Origin: Dehalococcoidia bacterium
Lineage (GTDB): Bacteria > Chloroflexota > Dehalococcoidia > GIF9 > AB-539-J10
DNA length: 64,000 nucleotides
NCBI GenBank assembly: GCA_046483735.1
Contig: JAWOCP010000078.1
Coordinates: 2,802-66,801 of the forward strand
Direction of reading: 5' to 3'
This document shows positions 17,501 to 26,603 of this stretch, piece after piece. Each line of letters begins with the position of its first letter. Within the stretch, counting starts at the first letter, position 1. The position numbers and the translations under genes are program-made. The notes below the pieces were generated by a model that worked only from the letters and a program-made list of their open reading frames with translations, made no database searches and had not been told where the DNA came from.

Positions 17501-19408
17501 CTAGAGCAAATGAGAGGGCTCTTTGTCTATGCCCAGTTTCTTCAGGGTCTCCGGCCTGGGGACTCCGTTTTCATCCCAGCCATGATGCTCGTAGTATTCG
17601 TCTATCATCCTGCCAAACTTCTTTCTATCTATCGTCTTGCCACAAGCGGCGGGTACACCTCGAGTAGTTGGCTCGTCATAGTATCGGTCAGCCAACACGT
17701 CATCCTTTCGGGTCAGCCCTTCCCTGATGTTGAAGAGCCTTTCTATGGTATAGCACCTGTCAGCCACGTTCCAGATATCGAGCGGCGACAACTCCAGTCC
17801 GGTATTGAGGTAAAGCAGCCGGGACCATTCTTCAAAATTGGGGAAGTTTGGCCCAAGGAATATGGTGTGATATTTACATATGCCGAGGCAATCCACTGCC
17901 TCATAGCACGTTTCTTGCCATCTTACCTGCCAGGGCTTCCCTTCATAGTCTTGCCAATGTGAAGTCAAGGGACCATCGTAGGGAACCGGCTGACTATATA
18001 CTCTTCTCAGTACTGGTTCCGGCAACCCGTAAAGGTCAATTGCCGGTCGGCCTCTGAGGTGGTCGGAACCCCTGGAGGCAACAGCGACATTAAGAGCCAG
18101 GGCCGGCGTCGCTCTCTCGTCTGAATGAAGATTGCTCATACCTTTTACGTGAATCAAGTATTTGATAGAACCTTTACCTATCTTCTTGGCGGCTCGTAGT
18201 GGTCCTTCAGCCAGGATATCGCCCAGTCCTTCTCTTCGGGCAATACGGTGTATCATCTCATTGAGTGCTTCGGCATTACCAAACCTGAGTTCCAGTCCGT
18301 CGGTATCCTTATCAGTAAGGATTCCCGCTTCATACAGTTCCATTGCCCAGGCAATCATACTGCCTGCCTCGAGGCAGTCTATACCATAGTTATTCAGAAG
18401 GTGGCCACCTGATAACAGGGCAACGATGTCGGCACAGCCTGTCTCTGCGGTTAAGGCACCCTGCACCGTGTACTCAGGCCCCTCATCGTAAACACCAGCA
18501 TATTCACCAGATGGAATGATATATTTAGCCCGGCAGTGAACCTGACAGCCAAAACAACTGGCATAGCCAATCGCATGTTCATCGATTGCTTCAGGCTCGA
18601 TAGCGTCACAGTTCTCAAATTGGTTGGCCTGAAAGTTCCTGGTCCTGATTCCGCCCCAGGAATTAGTTGCTCCCCAAATAAATGGGGTGCCCAATCTGCC
18701 CTGGGTCTTAGATACCTTGGCAGCGGTTACCATGTCAATGACATGCCTGTTATATTCCAACGCTTCAACGGGGTGTGCTATCTTCAGGTCCATAGTACCT
18801 CTCACTGCTATTGCTTTGAGGTTCTTGGAGCCGAGCAGTGCACCCATGCCTGTCCTGCCGCCAGCATTCTTAAGTCCGGTCATAACATTGGCAAACCTCA
18901 CCAGATTCTCGCCGGCTATGCCAATGGTTAATACCTTTACATCTCTATCGCCCAGTTCTTCCCGAATAGTCTGTCGAGTCTCACTGATATCCTTCCCCCA
19001 TATGTGTGAGCCATCCCTTATTTCAATTTCACCATTGTGAATCCACAAATACACTGGCTTCTTCGCCTTTCCTTTAATAACCAGATGGTCAAAGCCAGCA
19101 AGTCTCATCTCAGGGGCGAAGAAACCGCCCATGTTGGCACTGCCAACATAGCCGGTAAGCGGCGATTTGCCACCAACATGGGTTCTAGCAGAGGCAGAGG
19201 CCAGAGTCCCGACCAGAATCCCGGCGCTAACAAACGCCACATTATCCGGTCCTAGGGGGTCAACCCCCGGTTTTATGTGATTGTACATCAGATACATGTC
19301 CAGGCCCCTACCACCGAGAAACTTCTTTCGCACCGCGATGGGAATAGGCTTTATCTCAATTTCACCTGTAGTTAGATTAATGTAAGCTATTTTTCTATCC
19401 AGAGCCAT
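17501..19408 (-). CDS. aldehyde:ferredoxin oxidoreductase (tungsten AOR family), second paralogue
   Basis: 635 aa. Canonical AOR N-terminus (…FLGGRGLDMYLMY…, SPLTGYVGSANMGGFFAPEMRLAGFDHLVIKGKA…LWIHNGEIEIRDGSHIWGKD). C-terminal …YYEHHGWDENGVP. Confidence 0.9.
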   Translation of the reverse strand: MALDRKIAYINLTTGEIEIKPIPIAVRKKFLGGRGLDMYLMYNHIKPGVDPLGPDNVAFVSAGILVGTLASASARTHVGGKSPLTGYVGSANMGGFFAPEMRLAGFDHLVIKGKAKKPVYLWIHNGEIEIRDGSHIWGKDISETRQTIREELGDRDVKVLTIGIAGENLVRFANVMTGLKNAGGRTGMGALLGSKNLKAIAVRGTMDLKIAHPVEALEYNRHVIDMVTAAKVSKTQGRLGTPFIWGATNSWGGIRTRNFQANQFENCDAIEPEAIDEHAIGYASCFGCQVHCRAKYIIPSGEYAGVYDEGPEYTVQGALTAETGCADIVALLSGGHLLNNYGIDCLEAGSMIAWAMELYEAGILTDKDTDGLELRFGNAEALNEMIHRIARREGLGDILAEGPLRAAKKIGKGSIKYLIHVKGMSNLHSDERATPALALNVAVASRGSDHLRGRPAIDLYGLPEPVLRRVYSQPVPYDGPLTSHWQDYEGKPWQVRWQETCYEAVDCLGICKYHTIFLGPNFPNFEEWSRLLYLNTGLELSPLDIWNVADRCYTIERLFNIREGLTRKDDVLADRYYDEPTTRGVPAACGKTIDRKKFGRMIDEYYEHHGWDENGVPRPETLKKLGIDKEPSHLL

Positions 19409-19410
19409 GT

Positions 19411-19911
19411 CTATCTGTCCCTCTTTTTCGTCTTAGTCTTAGCCGTAGTTTGGGTCTTACTCTCAGCCTTAGCCTGAGTCTTGGTCTTAGCTGTGGCTTC
19501 CATGGTCAGTCGCCTGTTCACATCCCAAACGGGTCCCCTTATCCTGGGAAAGTCCGGCCATAGCCAGGTTATGCGCCACTCAAAGCTGCAATGAGGACAC
19601 TTGTATGTTTTCGACCCTTTTGGTGGCGTGATCCTTTGCATGCAGTTCATACACCTCACCTGTCCTGTCGATCGACCTCTGGCGGTGATTTCGGCTGTTG
19701 TTTCTGTATCCAACATTACCTCCTCTTCGCTGGGATTGCGGCCGTAATTTAACACAACTCGTGCCAAAAGGCAAGCTCGCGCCATCGTAATATCGCCTGC
19801 AACGCCTTCGGCTGCCATAACATGGTGGTCGTGGTTGATGAGCTCGCCCGGATGATGCTGAAGTTCTGGGAGGAATATGCTTGTGGCCGATATAAGCTGC
19901 TGCCGCAGCAA
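19411..19911 (-). CDS. zinc-ribbon protein with Lys/Thr-rich repetitive tail; start uncertain (internal Met at 19716 has an SD)
   Basis: Zn ribbon CMNC…CPHC. Tail TAKTKTQAKAESKTQTTAKTKTKK. The stop abuts the AOR start. GAGGAGG precedes the internal ATG at 19716. Confidence 0.45.
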   Translation of the reverse strand: MLRQQLISATSIFLPELQHHPGELINHDHHVMAAEGVAGDITMARACLLARVVLNYGRNPSEEEVMLDTETTAEITARGRSTGQVRCMNCMQRITPPKGSKTYKCPHCSFEWRITWLWPDFPRIRGPVWDVNRRLTMEATAKTKTQAKAESKTQTTAKTKTKKRDR

Positions 19912-19960
19912 CTCGCCGGGCCATTATTATGAAGAACTGAATCTGCGGGATACCGGTATC

Positions 19961-20299
19961 TTAGTACCTGCGGCGTCCACCTCCTCCACCAAACCCACCA
20001 CCTCTACCATAAGACCCACCGCCTCTTCCATAAGACCCACCACCCCTTCCGCCTTCCGAGCGAGGACGTGCCTCATTAACGCTTAGCGTCCGCTCTCCCA
20101 ATGATGTTCCGTTAAGCCCGTTGATTGCCGCCTGGGCCTCAGATTTCGTTGCCATCTCAACAAACCCAAAACCTCTAGACTCGCCGCTGTACCTATCCTT
20201 AATGATGTTTACCGACGTGACCTGACCAAAAGCTTCAAATGCCTGGCGTAATTCATCCTCGGTAGTCTCGCGGGACAAATTGCCTACGTATATATTCAT
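19961..20299 (-). CDS. RRM-type RNA-binding protein with Gly/Arg-rich tail
   Basis: RNP2 motif IYVGNL and RNP1 motif RGFGFVEM. C-terminal GGRGGGSYGRGGGSYGRGGGFGGGGGRRRY. Confidence 0.9.
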   Translation of the reverse strand: MNIYVGNLSRETTEDELRQAFEAFGQVTSVNIIKDRYSGESRGFGFVEMATKSEAQAAINGLNGTSLGERTLSVNEARPRSEGGRGGGSYGRGGGSYGRGGGFGGGGGRRRY

Positions 20300-20389
20300 G
20301 ATGTTAACCCCCTTTCCGTTTTATGGCCTCACCGTTCATGCAGCCAAACTTGTTGAAATGCAGCGAATTGTTCTGCTTCCAAACTTTTG

Positions 20390-20413
20390 GGGGCTGGGTT
20401 TGCTTCCAGCCCC
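20390..20413 (-). terminator. GC-rich hairpin downstream of the zinc-ribbon gene (terminator-like, no clean U-tract)
   Basis: GGGGCTGG-N8-CCAGCCCC. It lies about 23 nt after the stop of the 20436-20741 gene. Flanked by an A/T run. Confidence 0.25.
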
Positions 20414-20435
20414 ACTTGAATCCAGATGCCTTGAA

Positions 20436-20741
20436 TTACGGTCGAGTGCTCAATTTGATCTTGCTGTAGCACTCACTACAATATACCGGCCTGCCCTCTC
20501 GAGGCTCGAAAGGCACTTCACATTCTTTAGCACACTCAACACATACTGCGGGGTGCATTTGGCGGCTAGACCTGTACCCACTGAAGTTGCTGCGTTGGGC
20601 TCTCCTCGCTTCGCGGCAAACAGGGCAGCGCTTGGGTTCGTTGGCATATCCCTTGTTAGCATAGAACTCTTGCTCATCAGCGGTAAAGGTGAATGTGTCA
20701 CCACAGTCCGAACATTGCAGCGTTTTGTCTGTGAACCCCAT
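20436..20741 (-). CDS. small double zinc-ribbon protein (CxxC x4)
   Basis: MGFTDKTLQCSDCG.TF.F.A.EQEFY..KG…P.RC..CR resembles a widespread small zinc-ribbon family. AAGGAGG lies 7 nt before the ATG at 20741, so the track's upstream Met at 20786 is unlikely. Confidence 0.7.
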   Translation of the reverse strand: MGFTDKTLQCSDCGDTFTFTADEQEFYANKGYANEPKRCPVCREARRAQRSNFSGYRSSRQMHPAVCVECAKECEVPFEPREGRPVYCSECYSKIKLSTRP

Positions 20742-20966
20742 TGGATGACCTCCTTTCTTATAATACTTGGCTAGAGCTTCGGTCATCCAACGTTTGTAGA
20801 GAAACCCGGAAGAGCTTTCCAGAGGCGCGATAACCTAAACTTGTAACCACTAATTCCAGTATAATAAAGGGCAACAAAAATTGCAACTAGTGGATATTGT
20901 AGCCGGATTATTTGTGTCCTGCAATACTGCCGATCATGGCCTGGCTACAAATGGTAGCATAGAACA

Positions 20967-21911
20967 ATGGGGGACGCGTATAGACTAAGGCTGAAATTCC
21001 TGGGATGTCTGGTGGGGACGGCAATCGGCGATGCTCTGGGCGCTCGACGTGAAGGAAGTGGAATGTCCACAAGCGAGGATATCGCTGCCCTTGCCGAGAC
21101 ACTGAAGCAGTTCATTTATACCGATGACACGCACATGACTATCGGCATCGCTGAGTCCTTGATAGAAAGAAAGGGCTTCGATGGAGAACACATGGCGCGA
21201 ACCTTCATCGAGAATTATGAGGCTGAGCCGTGGCGCGGCTATGGACCAGGCCCCCCCATGGTTTTTAGGATGATAAAGAGCGGTGAGCCATGGAATAGGG
21301 CGGCAAATAGGCTTTATGGTGGTGGGTCATTGGGCAACGGCTCAGCCATGCGAGTAGCGCCAATAGGGCTGTTGTATTCCCGTAACCCGGAGAAGCTAAG
21401 GGAAATCGCTTATCGGTCAAGCTCCATCACTCATTCTCATGAATTGGGCCAGGAAGGAGCGGGGCTCCAGGCTTATGCTGTAGCGCTTGCGGTTAACACG
21501 CCGTCGAATGAGGATATCGACAAAGAAGTTTTCCTGTGCCAGCTCCGGGATTTCGTCCAACACCAGCTGTATAAGGAAAAGATAGCCCGAATAAGAGAGA
21601 TGGTTCGTGAGCAAGATAAGGTTAGGGTGGTCGACGTGCTGGGAAATGGTATAGAAGCACCCAGGTCGGTGCCCACGGCTATCTACTGCTTCCTCACACA
21701 GCCACAATCCTACAGGGACACGGTGACCTATGCTATAAGCCTGGGTGGCGACACGGATACTATAGCAGCTATGGCGGGCGCTATCTCCGGGGCATATCTG
21801 GGCATAGAGGCGATTCCGTTGGGATGGCGGATGAAGCTGGAAAACAGGGAGTATATTGAGGCCCTGGCGGAGAAACTGGCCGCTTTGGCGGATAACGAGA
21901 ATAGCGACTGA
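20967..21911 (+). CDS. ADP-ribosylglycohydrolase-family protein
   Basis: Contains G.LVGTAIGDALG, YTDDTHMT, GNGSAMRVAPIG and GGDTDTIAAMAGAISGAYLG. Confidence 0.85.
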   Translation: MGDAYRLRLKFLGCLVGTAIGDALGARREGSGMSTSEDIAALAETLKQFIYTDDTHMTIGIAESLIERKGFDGEHMARTFIENYEAEPWRGYGPGPPMVFRMIKSGEPWNRAANRLYGGGSLGNGSAMRVAPIGLLYSRNPEKLREIAYRSSSITHSHELGQEGAGLQAYAVALAVNTPSNEDIDKEVFLCQLRDFVQHQLYKEKIARIREMVREQDKVRVVDVLGNGIEAPRSVPTAIYCFLTQPQSYRDTVTYAISLGGDTDTIAAMAGAISGAYLGIEAIPLGWRMKLENREYIEALAEKLAALADNENSD

Positions 21912-21923
21912 CCCAATAGTCTA

Positions 21924-22088
21924 TTAGCCGCCGGAATCGGGCAGGTTTGTCGTGATTTCAGGTTTGTCTTCCACCTTCTTCATCTCCTTCTCGCAGCACA
22001 CGAGTGTACCGCCACCCACCTCGATTACTTCCACCTTATTGCCGCAGATTTTGCACTGGTATACCTCTCCGTAATTCTTTACAACCAT
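21924..22088 (-). CDS. desulforedoxin-like small FeS4 protein (54 aa; absent from the ORF track)
   Basis: Manual translation: MVVKNYGEVYQCKICGNKVEVIEVGGGTLVCCEKEMKKVEDKPEITTNLPDSGG. The Y.C..CGN.VEV…GGG.LVCC pattern is the desulforedoxin/Dfx N-terminal signature. AGGAGG lies 6 nt before the ATG. Confidence 0.65.
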   Translation of the reverse strand: MVVKNYGEVYQCKICGNKVEVIEVGGGTLVCCEKEMKKVEDKPEITTNLPDSGG

Positions 22089-22225
22089 GCTGCACCTCCT
22101 ATTGTTTGCCGGTTGTCCTCCCTGTCACAGGCGCCGGTGCTCAAGTCTATCAGTCGCCCAGCACAAACGCTGTATTGGGAATGGGTATAGCATAACCTAT
22201 TAGAACCCGAAAGTAACGCCCAAGG

Positions 22226-23206
22226 CTAGATATGGAACTCAACAACGTCACCATCTTGAAGGACATGTCCCTTGCTCACTCTCTGCCCATCATACTTGCC
22301 TGATCCCCAGACGACAGCATATCTCAAATTCTGGCGAAAGTCCTTATGGAGGCTCTCAGCGGCTTCTTCCACCGTACTGCCCTTCTCCAGTATCATGGGG
22401 TCGGTCAAGTCGGCCTTGCTGCCGGGGGTCTTGGTATAAACTCGAACGATGTTCAGTGTTTGATAGACCGTTCTCTTGAACTCCTCCAAACCGCCACCTT
22501 CTCTAGCTGAAATGGAAACCAGGGGAAACAGCTCGGCGTAGTGTGCACGCAAGAGCTTCCAATTCTCTTCTGCACCTGCCAGGTCATTCTTGTTCCCTGC
22601 GATCAACATCCTCCTGGGATAACTTCCCGGCGTTACCTGTGTAATGCCATTTGTTGGGGGCTCTATTCTTGCTTCCTTTAGCCCTTCGAGAGTTGACTCG
22701 ACCTGGCTTATCGGCTCCCTGGATGAATCTATTACCATGACAATGAGGTCGGCATTTCTGAGCGTGTTTGCCAGCAGTATTCGCACTTCTTTGTGCCCGA
22801 TAGGCGGGGTATCCACCAGTTGTATTTGTATATCTTCAAACTTCATCATCCCCGGAATCGGGTTCTGCGTGGTGAAAGGATATTCGGCTATCTCGGGCAG
22901 GGCCTCGGTTAGCGCTGCCAATAACTGTGATTTGCCGGCATTGGCCGGTCCGACTAACATTACCTGTCCGGCACCTTCGCGTTGAATATAGAAACCTGTT
23001 CTCCTAGCTGTGGCGTATGTTTTTTCTGCCTCCTGTGAAAACCTGGCAATCTTCCGTCTCAGTTCAGCATGGAGCTTATCGGTGCCTTTGTGTCTGGGCA
23101 TTATGGCGAGCATAGTTCGCAGGGCGGCAATTTTTTCCTCCGGATCTCTGGCTGCCCGATATCTCTTCTCAGCCTCAAAATACTGTGGCGGCAAATTGGC
23201 TGGCAT
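22226..23206 (-). CDS. OBG/DRG-type GTPase with C-terminal TGS domain
   Basis: G1 motif GPANAGKS, G3 motif DTPP, G4 motif NKND. TGS-like C-terminus …GQRVSKGHVLQDGDVVEFHI. Confidence 0.8.
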   Translation of the reverse strand: MPANLPPQYFEAEKRYRAARDPEEKIAALRTMLAIMPRHKGTDKLHAELRRKIARFSQEAEKTYATARRTGFYIQREGAGQVMLVGPANAGKSQLLAALTEALPEIAEYPFTTQNPIPGMMKFEDIQIQLVDTPPIGHKEVRILLANTLRNADLIVMVIDSSREPISQVESTLEGLKEARIEPPTNGITQVTPGSYPRRMLIAGNKNDLAGAEENWKLLRAHYAELFPLVSISAREGGGLEEFKRTVYQTLNIVRVYTKTPGSKADLTDPMILEKGSTVEEAAESLHKDFRQNLRYAVVWGSGKYDGQRVSKGHVLQDGDVVEFHI

Positions 23207-23267
23207 ATCGGTAATTTTAGCATCATGCTCCGTTTACCAAAACATCTGAAGGTCTTTCCTTAGCGTT

Positions 23268-24917
23268 ATGCCCACACTGGTTGACAGTGTGAGAGGGCTA
23301 ATATACCATAGTCCACAACCTGGAATTATTGGAACAACCGTAGTGTTACACGCAATGACCGTCGTCGAGATGATAGCTAGAAACGCCCGAATGTATCCCA
23401 ACGATATCGCCCTTATCGAGCTAAGACCGAGTAAGAAGCTGAGAAGGGAAATCACGTGGAAGGATTTTGATGAGAGGGTCAGTAGGGTAGCCAACGCCCT
23501 GATAAAAAGGGGGGTCAGGAAGGGTGATAGGGTAGTACACTGGATGATGAATTCCATCGACTGGCTTGAGGCCTATTTTGGTGTTATCCGGATCGGCGCA
23601 TGGGCGGTGCCCCTTAGTTTCAGGTTTGATAGCAGAGACCTGAAGTATTGTGTTGATATAGTTGAAGCCAGGGTGATGATTCTGGGCGAGGAATTTACGG
23701 AAAGGGTAGAGGCTGCTCATGCACAGCTGCCGACAATAGAGCATTACATCTTTGTTGGTCAGAACACGCCCAAGGACATGGGAAATTTCGAAGACATACT
23801 TGGCAAGGCTTCGCCCAAACCGCCAGTAGTTGACATAAAGGATGACGATGAAGCCGCACTCTACTTTACCTCGGGGACCACGGGGCCACCTAAACCTATA
23901 CTTCTCACTCATAAGAACCTCGAGTCGGGTGCCATAGTTCAAGCTTTTGAACATCAAACAAGGCACGAGGATAATTTTCTCGTCTGTCCTCCCTTATACC
24001 ACCTGGCAAAAATACACTGGTTCGGAAACCTGATTGTAGGTGCTCGGGGAACGCTGTTAACCGAGGTCAACCCGCAAAATATGTTTGACGCCATATACAG
24101 GGAGAGGGTAACAAGGCTGTTTCTACTGGTGCCGTGGGCTCAGGATATACTCGGGGCGTTAGACCGTGGAGAATTGAGAAAAGAGGACTATGATAACCTG
24201 AGCTGCTGTCGTCGCCTTCATATGGGGGCGCAACCGGTGCCAGCTAGCCTGGTCAAGCGGTGGAAGGAGTACTTCCCTGATATGCTGTACGAAACCGATT
24301 TTGGCCTGAGCGAGTCCACCGGGCCGGGATGCATTCGCCTGGGTTATGGCAATGAGCATAAGATCGGAGCTATCGGCAAAGCCGGCTTGAACTGGGAAAC
24401 ACGCATCGTAAATGATAAGGATGAGGATGTCGCTCAAGGCGAGGTTGGTGAATTGCTCGTGAGGGGCAATGGAGTGATGAAGGCCTATTATAAGAACCCG
24501 GAAAAGACGGCTGAAGCCCTGAAAGGGGGGTGGCTACACACCGGTTATATGGCAAGAATGGATAACGACGGGTTCATCTATCTCGTGGATAGGAAGAAGG
24601 ATGTGATCATCAGCGGTGGGGAAAACATTTTTCCTGGCGAGATAGAAGAGGTGTTTCGAGGTCACCCCAAGATTCACGATGTGGCAATGATTGGTGTTCC
24701 GGATGAGAGGCTGGGGGAAGTAGTTGCAGCTATAATCGACCCGGGGCCCGGCATGACCCTGACTGAGGAAGAGGTAAAGCAGTTCTGCCAGCCCCGTTTG
24801 CCGAAGTATAAGTGGCCAAGGCGAATCATATTTGACAAGGTGCCACGAAATCCCACTGGCAAGATAGAAAAGCCAAAGTTGAGGGAGAAATACTCGGGGA
24901 AACAGGAAGCCTTTTGA
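23268..24917 (+). CDS. AMP-dependent acyl-CoA synthetase/ligase
   Basis: AMP-binding motif YFTSGTTGPPKP. Also carries GEL.VRG…GY, …D.DGF.YLVDRKKD.I.SGGENI and a C-terminal K..K. The start may be the internal Met at 23355. Confidence 0.85.
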   Translation: MPTLVDSVRGLIYHSPQPGIIGTTVVLHAMTVVEMIARNARMYPNDIALIELRPSKKLRREITWKDFDERVSRVANALIKRGVRKGDRVVHWMMNSIDWLEAYFGVIRIGAWAVPLSFRFDSRDLKYCVDIVEARVMILGEEFTERVEAAHAQLPTIEHYIFVGQNTPKDMGNFEDILGKASPKPPVVDIKDDDEAALYFTSGTTGPPKPILLTHKNLESGAIVQAFEHQTRHEDNFLVCPPLYHLAKIHWFGNLIVGARGTLLTEVNPQNMFDAIYRERVTRLFLLVPWAQDILGALDRGELRKEDYDNLSCCRRLHMGAQPVPASLVKRWKEYFPDMLYETDFGLSESTGPGCIRLGYGNEHKIGAIGKAGLNWETRIVNDKDEDVAQGEVGELLVRGNGVMKAYYKNPEKTAEALKGGWLHTGYMARMDNDGFIYLVDRKKDVIISGGENIFPGEIEEVFRGHPKIHDVAMIGVPDERLGEVVAAIIDPGPGMTLTEEEVKQFCQPRLPKYKWPRRIIFDKVPRNPTGKIEKPKLREKYSGKQEAF

Positions 24918-24953
24918 ACCGGCTGTGGTTTTCACCCTGTAGCAGGTAAATGC

Positions 24954-26399
24954 CTATTCTTCTTCCTTAATGCCGGCAAGCTTCTTCGCGAAGCGCTTCT
25001 TTTCGTCGATGTTTGCATGCCGCAATACCGTCATGCGGTGCGTCTCGGGCGAGCCCGCTCCATGAATATTGGAGACGATATCCCTGCTTTCAAAGGCAAG
25101 TTTCTCGATCAACCTGAAGATTCGCACTCTGTCTTCTGTGGACACGTTCTCTGCGCCTTTCAGGTACTTCTGGAGAAGGGGGCCGATCTCGGGGTTCTGG
25201 AAGTCCTTATCTGATGGTATATCAGCCACCATGCCGCCAGCTATCTCAATCATCATCCGGACGACCTCTGCCAGCTCCTTGCCCTCGTAGAGTTTGGAGA
25301 TATTCGATTGTACGGGGTCGACGGTGTAAATACCTGACGGAGTGGCCTTGGACTCAACAGATGCAGCAATGGAGCACCCATAGATGGCCTCCGTGACCTT
25401 GAGCATCTCGGCGAGCTTGTGGTTGATATGTGCAGGTCTCTTGGCCATGCCACTATAATCGGAGGCCACGGCAGCAGCGCCGATGAGAATATCGCCAACG
25501 CCACATTTACAGCCGCCGTGTGAATGGCGGTGATAGTTGCCGAAGTTCCTCACCATCTCACCGGCATACTCATATTCGCCACAGAGGAATACCTTGTCCC
25601 AGGGCACAAATACGTCGTTGAAGATGACCAGAGGAGCGAACTTGCTGAATTCGACGTTGCCCAGGTCGCAACCCTCAATCGGTCTCGATTCCAGTGTGCC
25701 CCTGCCGTAAACGTGGATAACTCCTTCAGCATCCGTGGGGAAGGCGAATGAGACGGCGTAGTCTTTGTCACCTTCGCGCATCTCTCTGGTAGGTACCACC
25801 AGTCCCCACTCAGAGCAGAGTGAACCGGTCTGGTGAATCTTCGCTCCCCTGACGACGATGCCGTCATTATTCCTGTCCACTACATGCAGATACATGTCCG
25901 GGTCTTTTTGCTCCGATGGACGAAGTGTCCTGTCGCCTTTCACGTCCGTTACACCGCTAAATACCACAAGGTCGTGCTTCTGAACGTATTTAACGAACTC
26001 CTGCAATCGTTCCCAGTAGTTGGTGCCATATTTCTGGTCGCAGTTATACGCCTCAATACCAATTGAACTCATGGCATCCATGCCCGTGCATCGCATATAA
26101 CAGCCACCGATCCGGTGGGAGAGGAATTTGAGCATTCTTACCTTAGCCAGGAGGTCTTCCGGGCTCCTGTAAAATTTGACGAAGCGACTCACGTCCTCGT
26201 CTATCAGGTCCGACTTTGTCACCAGATGCTGGCGACCTTCCGTGTCATTCTCCATTTCATACGTCTCTGCCACCGCTGCCAGCATGTGTTTGATTAGTGG
26301 ATGCTCATAGGCGTTATCCACCTTTTCTCCCAGAATATATGCTGTGGGATGAACGTCTTTCAACGACTCGCGGTATTGCTCAGGAGTTCTGATTGCCAT
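24954..26399 (-). CDS. abfD: 4-hydroxybutyryl-CoA dehydratase/vinylacetyl-CoA isomerase-like (HpaB-fold) protein
   Basis: 481 aa. N-terminus …TPEQYRESL…YILGEKV. The C-x3-C (GGCYMRC) and H-x6-C (HSHGGCKC) spacing resembles the [4Fe-4S] ligands of AbfD. Confidence 0.65.
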   Translation of the reverse strand: MAIRTPEQYRESLKDVHPTAYILGEKVDNAYEHPLIKHMLAAVAETYEMENDTEGRQHLVTKSDLIDEDVSRFVKFYRSPEDLLAKVRMLKFLSHRIGGCYMRCTGMDAMSSIGIEAYNCDQKYGTNYWERLQEFVKYVQKHDLVVFSGVTDVKGDRTLRPSEQKDPDMYLHVVDRNNDGIVVRGAKIHQTGSLCSEWGLVVPTREMREGDKDYAVSFAFPTDAEGVIHVYGRGTLESRPIEGCDLGNVEFSKFAPLVIFNDVFVPWDKVFLCGEYEYAGEMVRNFGNYHRHSHGGCKCGVGDILIGAAAVASDYSGMAKRPAHINHKLAEMLKVTEAIYGCSIAASVESKATPSGIYTVDPVQSNISKLYEGKELAEVVRMMIEIAGGMVADIPSDKDFQNPEIGPLLQKYLKGAENVSTEDRVRIFRLIEKLAFESRDIVSNIHGAGSPETHRMTVLRHANIDEKKRFAKKLAGIKEEE

Positions 26400-26603
26400 T
26401 TGTGTCTCCTTTCGTCCTCGTATTGTCTCACCCTCGGGTCCCTGGGGGCGCGTCCTTCAGTTTATCATTTATCGCTTTTCCTGACAAAATGCGTACCTAT
26501 GCGATTCTTGGCTGCTATGCGGGTTCTTGCGTGAGAAAATTGACGGCACGGCCCCATATAATATATTCTTAATCCTTAAATTTCTCACATCAGGTGGTGG
26601 ATT

